Source of the DNA: Spirochaetaceae bacterium
Lineage (GTDB): Bacteria; Spirochaetota; Spirochaetia; DSM-16054; Sediminispirochaetaceae
Assembly (NCBI GenBank): GCA_041686355.1
Contig: JAWLDZ010000011.1
Coordinates: forward strand, 28,674-58,504
Length of the DNA: 29,831 nt
Direction: 5' to 3'
Part shown: positions 8,737 through 18,166 of the stretch, piece by piece
Layout of the letters: each line of letters begins with the position of its first letter
Numbering within the stretch: position 1 is the first letter of the stretch
The notes under the pieces: generated by a model
Database searches by the model: none
Seen by the model: the letters and a program-made list of their open reading frames with translations, nothing else
What the model was told of the DNA's origin: nothing
Made by a program: the position numbers and the translations under genes

Positions 8737-11589
8737 CTATGTCAGCCAGTCTAAGCCTTTGAGAGCGAGTATAGGCCTATGATTTCCAACTAGAATGAGC
8801 GGCGAGAGTGCCGCAGTGCCGAGGAACAGCATTGCCCAGGAAACGGTCGCTCCAGTGGCAATTACAACTGACAAGCCCGCAAGAATTCCAAAGCCCTCAG
8901 AGGATCCCCACAACAGAGGAATTACACCGGCAGCGGTGGTGAAGGTTGATGCGGTTAAAGAGGGGAGTTTTGTGCAGAGTGCCCGGATAAGATCGCACTG
9001 TCTAAGGGGCGCTGAGCTTGTGTCCGACAGCAGGACTAGTCCGTTATTGACGCTTATACCCACATTTACCAGAAAGCCGGTGAGGACTGGAATAGAGAGC
9101 GGAATTTCCAGCCAGTACAAGGGCAGCAGGGGGACTGATAAGGTCGGCGGGATAAAGCTCAATACAAAAAGAGTTCGATATATCTGGTTGTAACAGGAGT
9201 ACAGCAGCAGGGGGACTATAATGGAGGCCAGGCCGATAGCCAGGAGTACCCAATTGCGGTGAGCCCGTTCAACTTGTAAGGACGGTGCAAGTTGTGTACT
9301 GTAACCGGCGGGAAGTTCAAGCCGGTCGAGAACTGCCGAAACTGAATCGACCGCCTGCTGAATCTTCCCCGCAGGGGGCAGCACCGAAAAGCCGGAAAAG
9401 AGGGCCTGGTTGCTGCGTCTTAATACTCCCACTGTATGTACGGTTTCGAGCCGGGAAAGAGAAGACAGGGGGATACTGCGTTCCGTTCCCATCACTTGAA
9501 GGGAGTTATAAAAAGAAGGAAAGTCCCCGGCCCTGTGATTTGCCCGCAGTCTTACATCCTGCTGAGGCATAATCCCCAGTTTGGCTGCCGGGGCGCTGGT
9601 GATAAGTTGGTGCAGCTGTTCGGCAGCCTCCAGCGGACTTATCTGCTGTCGGGCAGCTGCTGCGCTATCAAAAGTGAGTCTGTAAATCGGCGGAGGGCTT
9701 TTGAAATGGTAGTAGAGTTGGTAGTCAGGATGATGTGACTGGATGAGCGCCGCGGTGTGCTTCACCTGTAACCGGAGCTCCCTCTCCTCGCTGCCGTACA
9801 TAAGTACCTGAAAACTCTTCTGGTGGGTGTTTTGGGAGTCCCTAATAAGAGTGGCCTGAGGCGGGAGAGAAATACGGTGAAGCGCCCGCTGAACTGTGCG
9901 GCTGTCACGACTATGCCGGCAGATAACCGAAAACGACGCCTGACCGTTGTGAGAATCGACTGTGAGAGCTTGTACCTGAGGCAGCTGCTGTACCTTTTGA
10001 AAATAGGAACGCAGGCGCTGGTCGATATATTCTGCTCGGGTCCCGGAGGGAAATTCAATCCGCAGATGAATTGTACGCTGCGAGATGTGGGGGAAGTAGT
10101 GAAACTCTAAATTGCCGCTGCAAAATAGAGGCAGTATGCACAGGGAAATATAGATGAACAAACATGGAACAGCTTTTCCGCAGAGGGGCTGCAAGAGGGG
10201 AGGCAGATATCTGAAGCGACCATGGAAATGAAGTTTCATCTGCACGTGTACGGGTGCCGGTCGGCAGAAACGGGGAAATACAACCAGCGTCCACAGGGTT
10301 CCGCAGGTGAGAATTGAAGTCATCACCACCATGAAGCCCTCTAGGTTACTTCGGATCGAGATAGGCAGGAGGAGAATTGGTATGAAGATTGAAATGCTGG
10401 TTATATTGGACAGAAGGACTGGCGCACGCACCGCCGCAACTGCGGCGGCTGCTCCGCGACTGCTATTCTCTTCATAAAAAAGAACCGCCGCATCTACCAA
10501 CAATCCACAGCTCACTGCAATTCCGGCTAAGCCCATAATATCCAGCGAGATAGAGCAGAGCGAGAGGGCTGTCACTCCGGTCAATAATAGGATAGGCAGG
10601 GTACAGAGCATAAGAACTAGTTCCCGGTCAAGATGGCCTACCTGTACGATAAGCACACAGGCTACCCCCAGGAGACCGACGAGGACTGTGACGGCGGTAG
10701 TATAAAGAAGTTTCTCCAGTTCTGTACCACGATTAAAAATTATATGTGCGGAGCGATAATTTTGAGATAGTACCTGTAATTGACGGCACATGCGTATATG
10801 CGGCACATCCCTATCAGCTGTGGCAAGTACGATATGCTGCTGCTGTCCGTTTAATCGATGGATGGAGGAGAAGGAGGGCTCAGGGGATGAACTGTGTCCA
10901 ACTACCCCCTGAAGCTGTGGATCCTCAAGGAGTTCTGTAGGTGGAACCGATACGGTTATTGGGAAATGGGAATCATCAGAACTGAGGGAAAAGGCAAAGC
11001 TGCGGTCTTGGAGCAGAGCAGCGGCTGTATACGACGAAATGTTCCGGCGGGAGACAGAATGTGAGTTGTATTCTAGATTTAGTGTGCGCCCCTTCTCGTC
11101 ACTGGAATGAGAGAGGGAGACACCGGGTAATTTCTCGGCTTCTGCCTGAAAGCCCTGGGATGCGACCTTTTTATCGAGGGGAAAGGCAACCGCAAAGATC
11201 GGCAGCACACTCTCTCCCTGTGCCCGTACTTGAGGATGATGTGCATCCCGGGGAAGCTGATAGATCGCTTTGGCCAGGTTAACCTGGACTTGAGATAGGA
11301 CCTGAGCGGCGGACGCACTGTGTGTAAAGGTAAGATGAATCCGGCTGCGTCCGTTTTTGCTTTCAGCCAGGCTGTTTTGCAGCCCCTCCAATGTGGAGAA
11401 TGCGCCTAACAAGGGCTGCGTAATTTTGCTGTCGATTTCCTTGGCGCCGGCAGGGGGCCAAGGGGTTTCTACCAAAAGGTGAGGTCGGGGGAGGGCAGGG
11501 TAGAGCGCCGGACTCACCCCGGTTCCGCACAGCAGAAAGCCTGCGAGCAGGCCCAGACCGGCAAGGAGACCGATTATATACCTCTTCAT
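8737..11589 (-). CDS. RND-superfamily efflux permease (complete, ~950 aa)
   Basis: Start set at MKRYIIGLLAGL (ATG 11587-11589), which forms an ATGA overlap with the upstream stop. The N-terminal pattern LPxxxxPxxxxPxLxVxTxWPGAxAKEIDSKITQPLExxxxxLxGL matches the AcrB-type porter-domain start. TM2-6, a second periplasmic domain (LPAGYSTQL...) and TM8-12 (NxG.vlv motif region) are all present. Confidence 0.75.
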   Translation of the reverse strand: MKRYIIGLLAGLGLLAGFLLCGTGVSPALYPALPRPHLLVETPWPPAGAKEIDSKITQPLLGAFSTLEGLQNSLAESKNGRSRIHLTFTHSASAAQVLSQVQVNLAKAIYQLPRDAHHPQVRAQGESVLPIFAVAFPLDKKVASQGFQAEAEKLPGVSLSHSSDEKGRTLNLEYNSHSVSRRNISSYTAAALLQDRSFAFSLSSDDSHFPITVSVPPTELLEDPQLQGVVGHSSSPEPSFSSIHRLNGQQQHIVLATADRDVPHIRMCRQLQVLSQNYRSAHIIFNRGTELEKLLYTTAVTVLVGLLGVACVLIVQVGHLDRELVLMLCTLPILLLTGVTALSLCSISLDIMGLAGIAVSCGLLVDAAVLFYEENSSRGAAAAVAAVRAPVLLSNITSISIFIPILLLPISIRSNLEGFMVVMTSILTCGTLWTLVVFPRFCRPAPVHVQMKLHFHGRFRYLPPLLQPLCGKAVPCLFIYISLCILPLFCSGNLEFHYFPHISQRTIHLRIEFPSGTRAEYIDQRLRSYFQKVQQLPQVQALTVDSHNGQASFSVICRHSRDSRTVQRALHRISLPPQATLIRDSQNTHQKSFQVLMYGSEERELRLQVKHTAALIQSHHPDYQLYYHFKSPPPIYRLTFDSAAAARQQISPLEAAEQLHQLITSAPAAKLGIMPQQDVRLRANHRAGDFPSFYNSLQVMGTERSIPLSSLSRLETVHTVGVLRRSNQALFSGFSVLPPAGKIQQAVDSVSAVLDRLELPAGYSTQLAPSLQVERAHRNWVLLAIGLASIIVPLLLYSCYNQIYRTLFVLSFIPPTLSVPLLPLYWLEIPLSIPVLTGFLVNVGISVNNGLVLLSDTSSAPLRQCDLIRALCTKLPSLTASTFTTAAGVIPLLWGSSEGFGILAGLSVVIATGATVSWAMLFLGTAALSPLILVGNHRPILALKGLDWLT

Positions 11590-13826
11590 TCCGCCTCGCT
11601 TTCGGCTATTTGAGAAATGTCGCACAGTTCTCCCAAGGGGACACTGCTGTTGCCACTACCCCCGCGGATGCTATCGATGAAAATCGGAAGAGCAGCCAGC
11701 TCGTTGACTGTTGAACTGCGGCCGTAATAAAGATGTACCGGAATCTGGGCCGAGACACTCTGTGTATCCGGTAGAGAGCCAATTTTATTTCCGGCAACCG
11801 ACAGCTGCAGATGAGAATAAAACTCATGATGACTTGCCGTGGCAAAGGGGCTATCCTTCTGCTTGATTTCCAGGTTGAAGCGCCGGGGCTGAATCGATTG
11901 CCCGCTGTCGGAGTCCTTCCTTCGAGCACCGGCCGGGTTGCCTAAACTGATTAGATTGCCCGGGTTGCTCAGATCGTGCAAAGCGCTTAGACCGCGCAGG
12001 GCGGTAAGGGGTGAAATAAGACAGTCTATACTGATGTGCTGTGGATGCACTCGTAGTTCCCAGTACTCAGAGGCGGTGCTGCAGCGCTCGATGTGAGAGT
12101 ATTGAGGAACTCCGGCGGAAAACAGGGCAGGCGGAAAACGGCTGCGAAAGTGGGAGCTGAGTGCAAGGCATGCGTTCTGAGGGGGAAGCGAGGTCTTTAG
12201 GAAGTAAGAGCGGGGACTGGGGAGAATCAACAGCGTCCCTGCGAGCAGGCCGATCAGGATGAAGAGGGGGATGAGTCGACCGAGGGGCACTCGGGGGTGG
12301 AGTTTGGACGAAAGAGAGGGGTGCTTAAGGGGTATCCGCCTCATTCCCGACAGGAGTATCCCGCAAAAAAAGAACCAGCATACCCCCTGCAGTACCTGTG
12401 CATAATTTAGAGTACCCCTTGCGAACAATGCTCCCGAAGGACAGCTTCTCAGGAGAGACGAATGGAAGGTCAGGCTGTTGCGGATTCCCTGCTGAACAGC
12501 TCCGTCAACGATGTCATGCAGGGTGATTCCCAGGCCAGTTATCAAGGCTGCGGAGGCGAGGGTAATTACACACAGGTCAACTATCTGCCCCAACCAGGGG
12601 CGGGCGGCTGCAGAAAGCAGTACAGTTATTCCCGGTACTGCTATGCAGATTCCAATGCAGCGGGAAGGGGTCAGGGGAATTTGAAACAGGGTGTGTAAAC
12701 CGAGCACCAGGGCCCAGGACAGTAGGTATTGCCAGATAGTACCATTGTCGTGTGGAGTCGGAGGAGAGGAGAGGCAGGCGGAGAGGAGCAGGCCCGCAGA
12801 AAAAAAGGCGCATAAAAGTACCACCGCCCCTATCACGGAGAAATAGGTGCCCCCGTTGAAAGTGATATCTTGAACCACATCAGTTCTCTGTACTGCCTGC
12901 CGGATATATCGGAAGAGAATGAGCTGCTGGAATAGCTGCAAGTGGTGACTCCCCTGAATAGAAATTTCTGCTACCCGCCATTCGCCTTCGCCGGTGGGGG
13001 TAGCCCCTCCGGCAAAGGAAAAGTCAGAGGTGGCGATAAAGTGAGTCGGCCTCAGCTCTTGCAGCTCCACCGAAGCCAGTTCCTGCAGGCGAATTATGTG
13101 GGTGCCCGTGCCTGAACTCCGGGGAATCGGCAACTCCAACTGCTTGAGATCGGTAATGTCTGCAATACTGCTTTGCATTTCCACCCCTATCTCGCGCTGT
13201 TCCTCCTGCTGGACACCGGAATAGAAATGAAACAGGGAGTGTTGGAGGTACTGCTGTATATAGAGGGGGGATATCCTCAGCCGGGATAGCTTCTCCGGAT
13301 CAAGACGTATGACTATTCTGCGAGCCCCGAACCCGCTGACCAGGGCCCTTTGAATGTTTGGATTCCTCTGCAGCTGCTCCTGTAGCTGAGCAAGTTCAAG
13401 GTTCCGGATAGTTTCGGTTTGGGGTTTTAGGGAACAGCAGAGCTTCAAGAACGGCGGTTCAGAAGGCAAGGGCGTTATAATCGGCCTGGAGGCTTGATAG
13501 GGCAGCCGATTTTGTATGCGGCTCATACTCTGTTGAACCCGGCTGATACCTGCTAGAACCGGAGTACCCCTGGGAAATCTCACCCTCAACAGCAGTTCGG
13601 CCTGGGCAGATTCAGTCTCTACATGAATCTGTCCGGACAAGGTGCGGAGTTCCTCCTCGACGAGGCCTTGCATCGATCTGCGTACTTGTTCTTTGCTCAA
13701 ACCCTCCGCCGGTATCCGAACCATGATCTGTGGAGTATCCGGTACCGGCCGGCCGGGTATAACTATTCGCGGCAGGCAGAAGAGCATACAGATGAGCAGG
13801 GCTGTCTCTATCGGCCGCGGATTCAT
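11586..13826 (-). CDS. RND-like protein, N-terminal half paralog (TM1, porter domain, TM2-6; lacks TM7-12)
   Basis: True start is MNPRPIETALLICMLF (ATG 13824-13826, an ATGA overlap with the upstream stop). It sits 11 aa before TM1, as in AcrB (MPNFFIDRPIF...). The ORF-track extension to 13976 has no basis. The porter-domain start (VPDTPQIMVRIPAEGLSKEQVRRSMQGLVEEELRTLSGQ) resembles AcrB. Hydrophobic helices end at ~aa 540, and the last ~200 aa are non-hydrophobic and low-complexity. Confidence 0.55.
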   Translation of the reverse strand: MNPRPIETALLICMLFCLPRIVIPGRPVPDTPQIMVRIPAEGLSKEQVRRSMQGLVEEELRTLSGQIHVETESAQAELLLRVRFPRGTPVLAGISRVQQSMSRIQNRLPYQASRPIITPLPSEPPFLKLCCSLKPQTETIRNLELAQLQEQLQRNPNIQRALVSGFGARRIVIRLDPEKLSRLRISPLYIQQYLQHSLFHFYSGVQQEEQREIGVEMQSSIADITDLKQLELPIPRSSGTGTHIIRLQELASVELQELRPTHFIATSDFSFAGGATPTGEGEWRVAEISIQGSHHLQLFQQLILFRYIRQAVQRTDVVQDITFNGGTYFSVIGAVVLLCAFFSAGLLLSACLSSPPTPHDNGTIWQYLLSWALVLGLHTLFQIPLTPSRCIGICIAVPGITVLLSAAARPWLGQIVDLCVITLASAALITGLGITLHDIVDGAVQQGIRNSLTFHSSLLRSCPSGALFARGTLNYAQVLQGVCWFFFCGILLSGMRRIPLKHPSLSSKLHPRVPLGRLIPLFILIGLLAGTLLILPSPRSYFLKTSLPPQNACLALSSHFRSRFPPALFSAGVPQYSHIERCSTASEYWELRVHPQHISIDCLISPLTALRGLSALHDLSNPGNLISLGNPAGARRKDSDSGQSIQPRRFNLEIKQKDSPFATASHHEFYSHLQLSVAGNKIGSLPDTQSVSAQIPVHLYYGRSSTVNELAALPIFIDSIRGGSGNSSVPLGELCDISQIAESEAE

Positions 13827-15265
13827 AGGTTGTAACTTTTCCTTACTGTACCGGCAAGCGAGTTTCCAAGGGAATCCTTCAGATTCTGATCGAGCTGCAG
13901 GTAGAGCAGGCCGGCAGCGGGAAAGCGGTTGACAGCAAAGGAGAGCCGGAATACCGAATCCGGCTGCAAGCTGCATAGCTCTTCACAGGCGGCATTAGTT
14001 ACCTGCTTCAGCGAGTGAAGCTGAATACCGGCGGCAGTATTTGTGGCGTATAGACCGAGTGCCTGCATCAACTGAGGGGTGGAGATTTCCGCTGCGTCGG
14101 AGTGGCTGAAGGCAAGCTCCATCGCCGCCTGTGATGAACTTTCACACAAAAGCAGCTCGTTTAAACGGATACGGCGGAACTCAGATTCCGCTGCGGTATC
14201 ATTGCAGAAGGAGACCCCCGCTAGTTCAACCCTTTGGAGTCCCTCTCCGTCCCATTGCAGATAATAATCATGCCCGCCGAGGTGCAAACGGTACAGCACC
14301 TCGGGGTCCAGCCGGCTAGGCGGCAGCAGACTTACCTGTTTGTAATTCTCACTCCAGTTGAAGTCGAAGCCCGGATTTGGCTGGAGTTGAAGGGTCTCCT
14401 CCCGCGGCTCTGATAGTGCGGGCTCGGAAAGGATAATCGAAAATTCCTGGCGGTGTCCGATATGGTAGGTTTTACCTGGTATCACTTCAGGGTATTCCGT
14501 TCCCTGATCTGAACTAAGGCGGAACTCATCCACCGAGATCTCCTGCCGGCTCCGGACCTCATACTGCCGGCGTACCGTCTCGGATATGTTTCGTCCTTCT
14601 GTATCGGAACAGCGAGTTGTAATTTGCAGCTGGTAGCGAAGCTCCGGGCTGAGCCCGCAGGACGGGATAAATCGAAGCCTGGAATTATCCTCCTCCCAGA
14701 TGAAGCTGCCCTGTATCTGTGGGGAGGTCTCAAAGGCACTGTAAAAACTTGCGGGGCTTACAGGTTTGTTGAAGCTGATAACAAACTCTGTGGCCGGATC
14801 AATAATCAAGTTATCAGGATCCGGGGTTATACTACTAATTTGAAGAGGGCGGGGATCGTCGCCGCATGAGAAGTTTCTCACAAAGGGCTCGGACATGGGA
14901 ACACCATCTTCCGAACGGGCGGTAAAGGCTATACGGAGGGTGCAGCTTTCCGATGAGGGAAGTGTGCGGGGGGTGAAGGAGAGATGGGCGGAGTCATGCC
15001 ATTCGAAACTGCCGTCGATCGGGTTTAAGCCCTGGGAAAAACTCCAGGCCGATTCTACGGAGGATCTGTCCATATCACAGGAGAACTGCACTGAAATAGG
15101 CTCTGCCGACTGCAGGATAGGGTATGGATTGAGGGCTTCAACTGTGGGAACCTTGTGCAAAAAACTCAAGTAAGGGCTGCAGCCGATCAAGCATCCGCAC
15201 ACCCAGCACTTCACAAGGTACTTCAAGCAGCCGCAAGGGGGCGGGTTGAATTTTACCTTTTTCAT
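13823..15265 (-). CDS. Lipoprotein with bacterial Ig-like (Big_5/SbsA-like) domain, paralog A
   Basis: 480 aa with lipobox LIGC. Segment PISVQFSCDMDRSSVESAWSF...IDGSFEWHDSAHLSFTPRTL fits the Big_5 pattern (I.V.Fse.md..Sv.....l.......i.G...w......l.F.P...L). ATGA overlap with the upstream gene. Confidence 0.6.
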   Translation of the reverse strand: MKKVKFNPPPCGCLKYLVKCWVCGCLIGCSPYLSFLHKVPTVEALNPYPILQSAEPISVQFSCDMDRSSVESAWSFSQGLNPIDGSFEWHDSAHLSFTPRTLPSSESCTLRIAFTARSEDGVPMSEPFVRNFSCGDDPRPLQISSITPDPDNLIIDPATEFVISFNKPVSPASFYSAFETSPQIQGSFIWEEDNSRLRFIPSCGLSPELRYQLQITTRCSDTEGRNISETVRRQYEVRSRQEISVDEFRLSSDQGTEYPEVIPGKTYHIGHRQEFSIILSEPALSEPREETLQLQPNPGFDFNWSENYKQVSLLPPSRLDPEVLYRLHLGGHDYYLQWDGEGLQRVELAGVSFCNDTAAESEFRRIRLNELLLCESSSQAAMELAFSHSDAAEISTPQLMQALGLYATNTAAGIQLHSLKQVTNAACEELCSLQPDSVFRLSFAVNRFPAAGLLYLQLDQNLKDSLGNSLAGTVRKSYNL

Positions 15266-16695
15266 GGGCTTACCCTCACTGTCAGAGTTTCCCCGGCGGC
15301 GGGTTCATCGGAAGGGGAGACTGCCAGGGAGAGCGAGTAGTAGCAATCCCGCTGATTCGATTGAACTCCAAAGCCCTGCATCTGAACCAGCATCCGATCG
15401 GCATCGGGCCACATAAAACTTACTATGGCGGGGGAGGGTAAGTCAGGGGGGAAGAGAGTTGAGACGGCGGTCTGTCCCTGCAGCAGCCCCCGGCTCTCCT
15501 CATCCGATACCTCCTCAGAGTATTCCACTAGAAAGCTGTAGTTTCCTTCCTCTCCATCCGGTGTAATATCAATCGCCTCCTCTGCCTCATCCCCTGACTC
15601 ATCCGGATCAATGGAAAATCCGTCTATCTCCTCTCCAGTTACCCGCAGTACCGAGGGCAGTGCTGCTGCGGTGTGAAACTGCCGGGGAGAGGTAAAGATG
15701 ATGTTGTGAAGGATGCTCTGTGAAGAATATGGATTTATACTGCAGCGGTAGGTAGTAGCTTGGGAAAAGCTCTCATCCGGAATAAAAACGGAGTTTAGAG
15801 AATCCTTCCAATAAAGAGAGCCCCCGCAGAAGGGGTCAAGGGTAAGGGCCGACTCGAACTCATCCTGATCAACCGGATAGTTCAACGAAAATTGAATACT
15901 CTCCTGCGGGCACAGTTCCGACAGCTCACCTTCGACCCTAGGAAAATCCTCCTCCCAATTCATCTCCACCGGCGAAATATGGAGTTCGATCGAATCGGGG
16001 CTCTCAAAGTCACAGACATAATAAGCGGAGGGGTAGGGCAGAGAAGAAAACTCCAAGCTGTAGATTGTATCCTTTGACCAGCCCTTCTCCGGGACCAGGC
16101 TTAGGGTGGTGGAGCTGCTGTTCCATACCAGGCTGTACGAAGACAGAGGCGAGAGTTGCAGATCCTGTGTTACCGCGGCAGCTTCGACTGCTGCCGGAAA
16201 AGTAAGCTGTATTGCTGTCTGTGCTTCTATTTCACTGCCGCTCGGGGGCTGATACACTACCTCCGAATCTGAGCCTCCCGGCGGGTGTAGGTAATAAAAG
16301 GGGATGAGTGTCTGTAGTGTACGGCGGGACCCTCGGGACATGTGCACGGTACCGCGCAGTTCAAGGCTGTAGCGGCCCCCTTTTTCCAGAGACTTCGACG
16401 GGTAGAACTCGAGACGGTTGTCCTGCCATTGGAAAGTTCCGGGAATCTGACCTGTGAGGCTTCTCAAGCTGAACACGGCTTCAGCTGAGCTGCGATCTAT
16501 ACCGGAGGCAAATTCTACTGTGATAGTATCGTCGGCGCTAAGAATTGAGTTCCGCTTCTTTGGACAGGTGGAAATAATCGGGTCGGGCTGCAGTTGATCG
16601 AAAATGAAACTGCATTGAAGCAGAGTAAGACTGATGACGAGGGTGAAGGTACATTTGCAGCATCTGTACAGCCGCAGATTAATACGATAATCCAT
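15262..16695 (-). CDS. Lipoprotein with bacterial Ig-like (Big_5/SbsA-like) domain, paralog B
   Basis: 477 aa. Signal peptide ends in LLQC. Segment TITVEFASGIDRSSAEAVFSL...IPGTFQWQDNRLEFYPSKSL aligns with paralog A. RBS AAGGAGGAG lies 6 nt upstream. Acidic C-terminal tract (DPDESGDEAEEAIDITPDGEEG). Confidence 0.6.
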   Translation of the reverse strand: MDYRINLRLYRCCKCTFTLVISLTLLQCSFIFDQLQPDPIISTCPKKRNSILSADDTITVEFASGIDRSSAEAVFSLRSLTGQIPGTFQWQDNRLEFYPSKSLEKGGRYSLELRGTVHMSRGSRRTLQTLIPFYYLHPPGGSDSEVVYQPPSGSEIEAQTAIQLTFPAAVEAAAVTQDLQLSPLSSYSLVWNSSSTTLSLVPEKGWSKDTIYSLEFSSLPYPSAYYVCDFESPDSIELHISPVEMNWEEDFPRVEGELSELCPQESIQFSLNYPVDQDEFESALTLDPFCGGSLYWKDSLNSVFIPDESFSQATTYRCSINPYSSQSILHNIIFTSPRQFHTAAALPSVLRVTGEEIDGFSIDPDESGDEAEEAIDITPDGEEGNYSFLVEYSEEVSDEESRGLLQGQTAVSTLFPPDLPSPAIVSFMWPDADRMLVQMQGFGVQSNQRDCYYSLSLAVSPSDEPAAGETLTVRVSP

Positions 16696-18166
16696 ATCTC
16701 TCCTCCTTGGATTGCGGTTTTGAGATCACCTCTATCTGCATGCCCTCGCAGAGCAGGTCTGGGGGCGAAACAATAATTTCATCTTCCCCGGAGAGTCCTC
16801 CTTCTATATATACTTTCTCAGGGCATGTTTTTACGATCTGAACCGCTTGTCGAAAGGCATGCTGTCGCCGGACTGTAAACACCGCTGCTTTTCCGGCTTC
16901 GAGAATGCTTTGTTCCTGCGGCCCGATGAGTGCCTGCTTTGGGAGGGTATACACCCGACGGGGCTCTTCAGTCCGGATTGTGATGTGAGCTTCCATGCCG
17001 GGGATAATATCCGCGGGGGGTGAGTTTAAACTGCAGAGCACCTCGAAGCTGCTGCTGTGCGGATGTATAACAGGCCCTACTTGCCGTACCCGGCCGCGTA
17101 TCGAATGGTCGTGGCGGGGCAGTTTAATTTGAGCACTTTGATCCCGCCGGATTTCCGGACGGTGGGATGCGGCGACCTGGGCCTGAACCTGCAGTGAGTC
17201 GGTTTCAACCAGGGTGGCCAGGGAGTCTCCCACATTGAGGTAGGATCCGGGAAGCGCGTGCAGCTCCGAAAGATAACCGGAGTCTGGTGAGCGTATCGAG
17301 CAGGCCTGTTGCCTGTCCTCGTTGTGATGAATCCTGTCTTTGAGCTCGGCAATTCTACTTTCGGCAGCTTTAATATGGATGTCCCCCTGACTGGCCACAG
17401 ACTGAAGATACGCAGCCGCCCGATCTACAGGCTGCGGGGATGGTTCCGACAGTTCAGCTAATTCGTCGGTCAGGTCCTTATCCCTGAGTCCGATCAGGGC
17501 TTCATTTAATTGATTCTCCAGATTAGAGAGCGAGGCCTCCTGCTGTTCTAAATCTAAGCGGTATTTCTGCAGCGCCGCGGTGGATATCCCCCCGGCTTTC
17601 TCCAGTGATTGGGCTTGTTGGTATTCCAGTTCGCTGTGAGCGCAAAGCGTGCGGGCTTGTTGCAGCTGCCGTTGTAATCGTTCAATTTTCAGCAAATGAC
17701 GCTCGGCCTGCCGCTGCATCTCAGCCCGATTCATTTGAGCCTGCTGCAGGTCGATCCGCGCTCTGGTGAGCTGTTCTACTAAAATATTGTGCTGAAGTTC
17801 AAGCTGCGCGGTACTGATGCGGATTAATACTTGATCCTTTTCTACCAGCTGGCCGCGCTCACTCCTCACTTCCGTCACTAAACCTTCTACAAGACTGCTG
17901 ATGACATGCTTCTCAAGACTCACGACTGTCCCCGGCACTGATATTCCGGCAGCATATTCCACTGCCTCGGGGGAACAGGTGTGAACGGGCAAAAGAGTCC
18001 CGGCGGGAGTATCGCCGGGATTTTCGGTAGTTTGGCGTTTTTCTCTGCCTGCCTTTGAGCAGGTCGGAAAGAGAGCCGAGAGCAGGACAAGTGAGAACGT
18101 GAGAAAGATGAGTAGATGTATTGATCCACATGTTGACCTCGTAGTCCGGTTACTGCTGTAGGGCAT
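16679..18166 (-). CDS. Periplasmic adaptor / membrane fusion protein (HlyD/EmrA-like, long coiled-coil hairpin)
   Basis: Start preferred at MPYSSNR (ATG 18164-18166) because GGAGG lies 5 nt upstream. N-terminal TM anchor, then a biotinyl/lipoyl-like beta segment (GTVVSL...VEGLVTEV...GQLVEKDQVLIRI), a ~200-aa coiled coil, and a beta-barrel/MP domain (SLATLVETDSLQVQAQV). Confidence 0.75.
   Translation of the reverse strand: MPYSSNRTTRSTCGSIHLLIFLTFSLVLLSALFPTCSKAGREKRQTTENPGDTPAGTLLPVHTCSPEAVEYAAGISVPGTVVSLEKHVISSLVEGLVTEVRSERGQLVEKDQVLIRISTAQLELQHNILVEQLTRARIDLQQAQMNRAEMQRQAERHLLKIERLQRQLQQARTLCAHSELEYQQAQSLEKAGGISTAALQKYRLDLEQQEASLSNLENQLNEALIGLRDKDLTDELAELSEPSPQPVDRAAAYLQSVASQGDIHIKAAESRIAELKDRIHHNEDRQQACSIRSPDSGYLSELHALPGSYLNVGDSLATLVETDSLQVQAQVAASHRPEIRRDQSAQIKLPRHDHSIRGRVRQVGPVIHPHSSSFEVLCSLNSPPADIIPGMEAHITIRTEEPRRVYTLPKQALIGPQEQSILEAGKAAVFTVRRQHAFRQAVQIVKTCPEKVYIEGGLSGEDEIIVSPPDLLCEGMQIEVISKPQSKEERYGLSY

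Noticed and set aside
13827-13976. N-terminal 50-aa extension of the RND-like ORF (ORF-track start 13976)
   Set aside because: The extension overlaps the 3' end of the upstream lipoprotein gene. The conserved RND start, 11 aa before TM1, is the ATG at 13826, which forms an ATGA coupling overlap.
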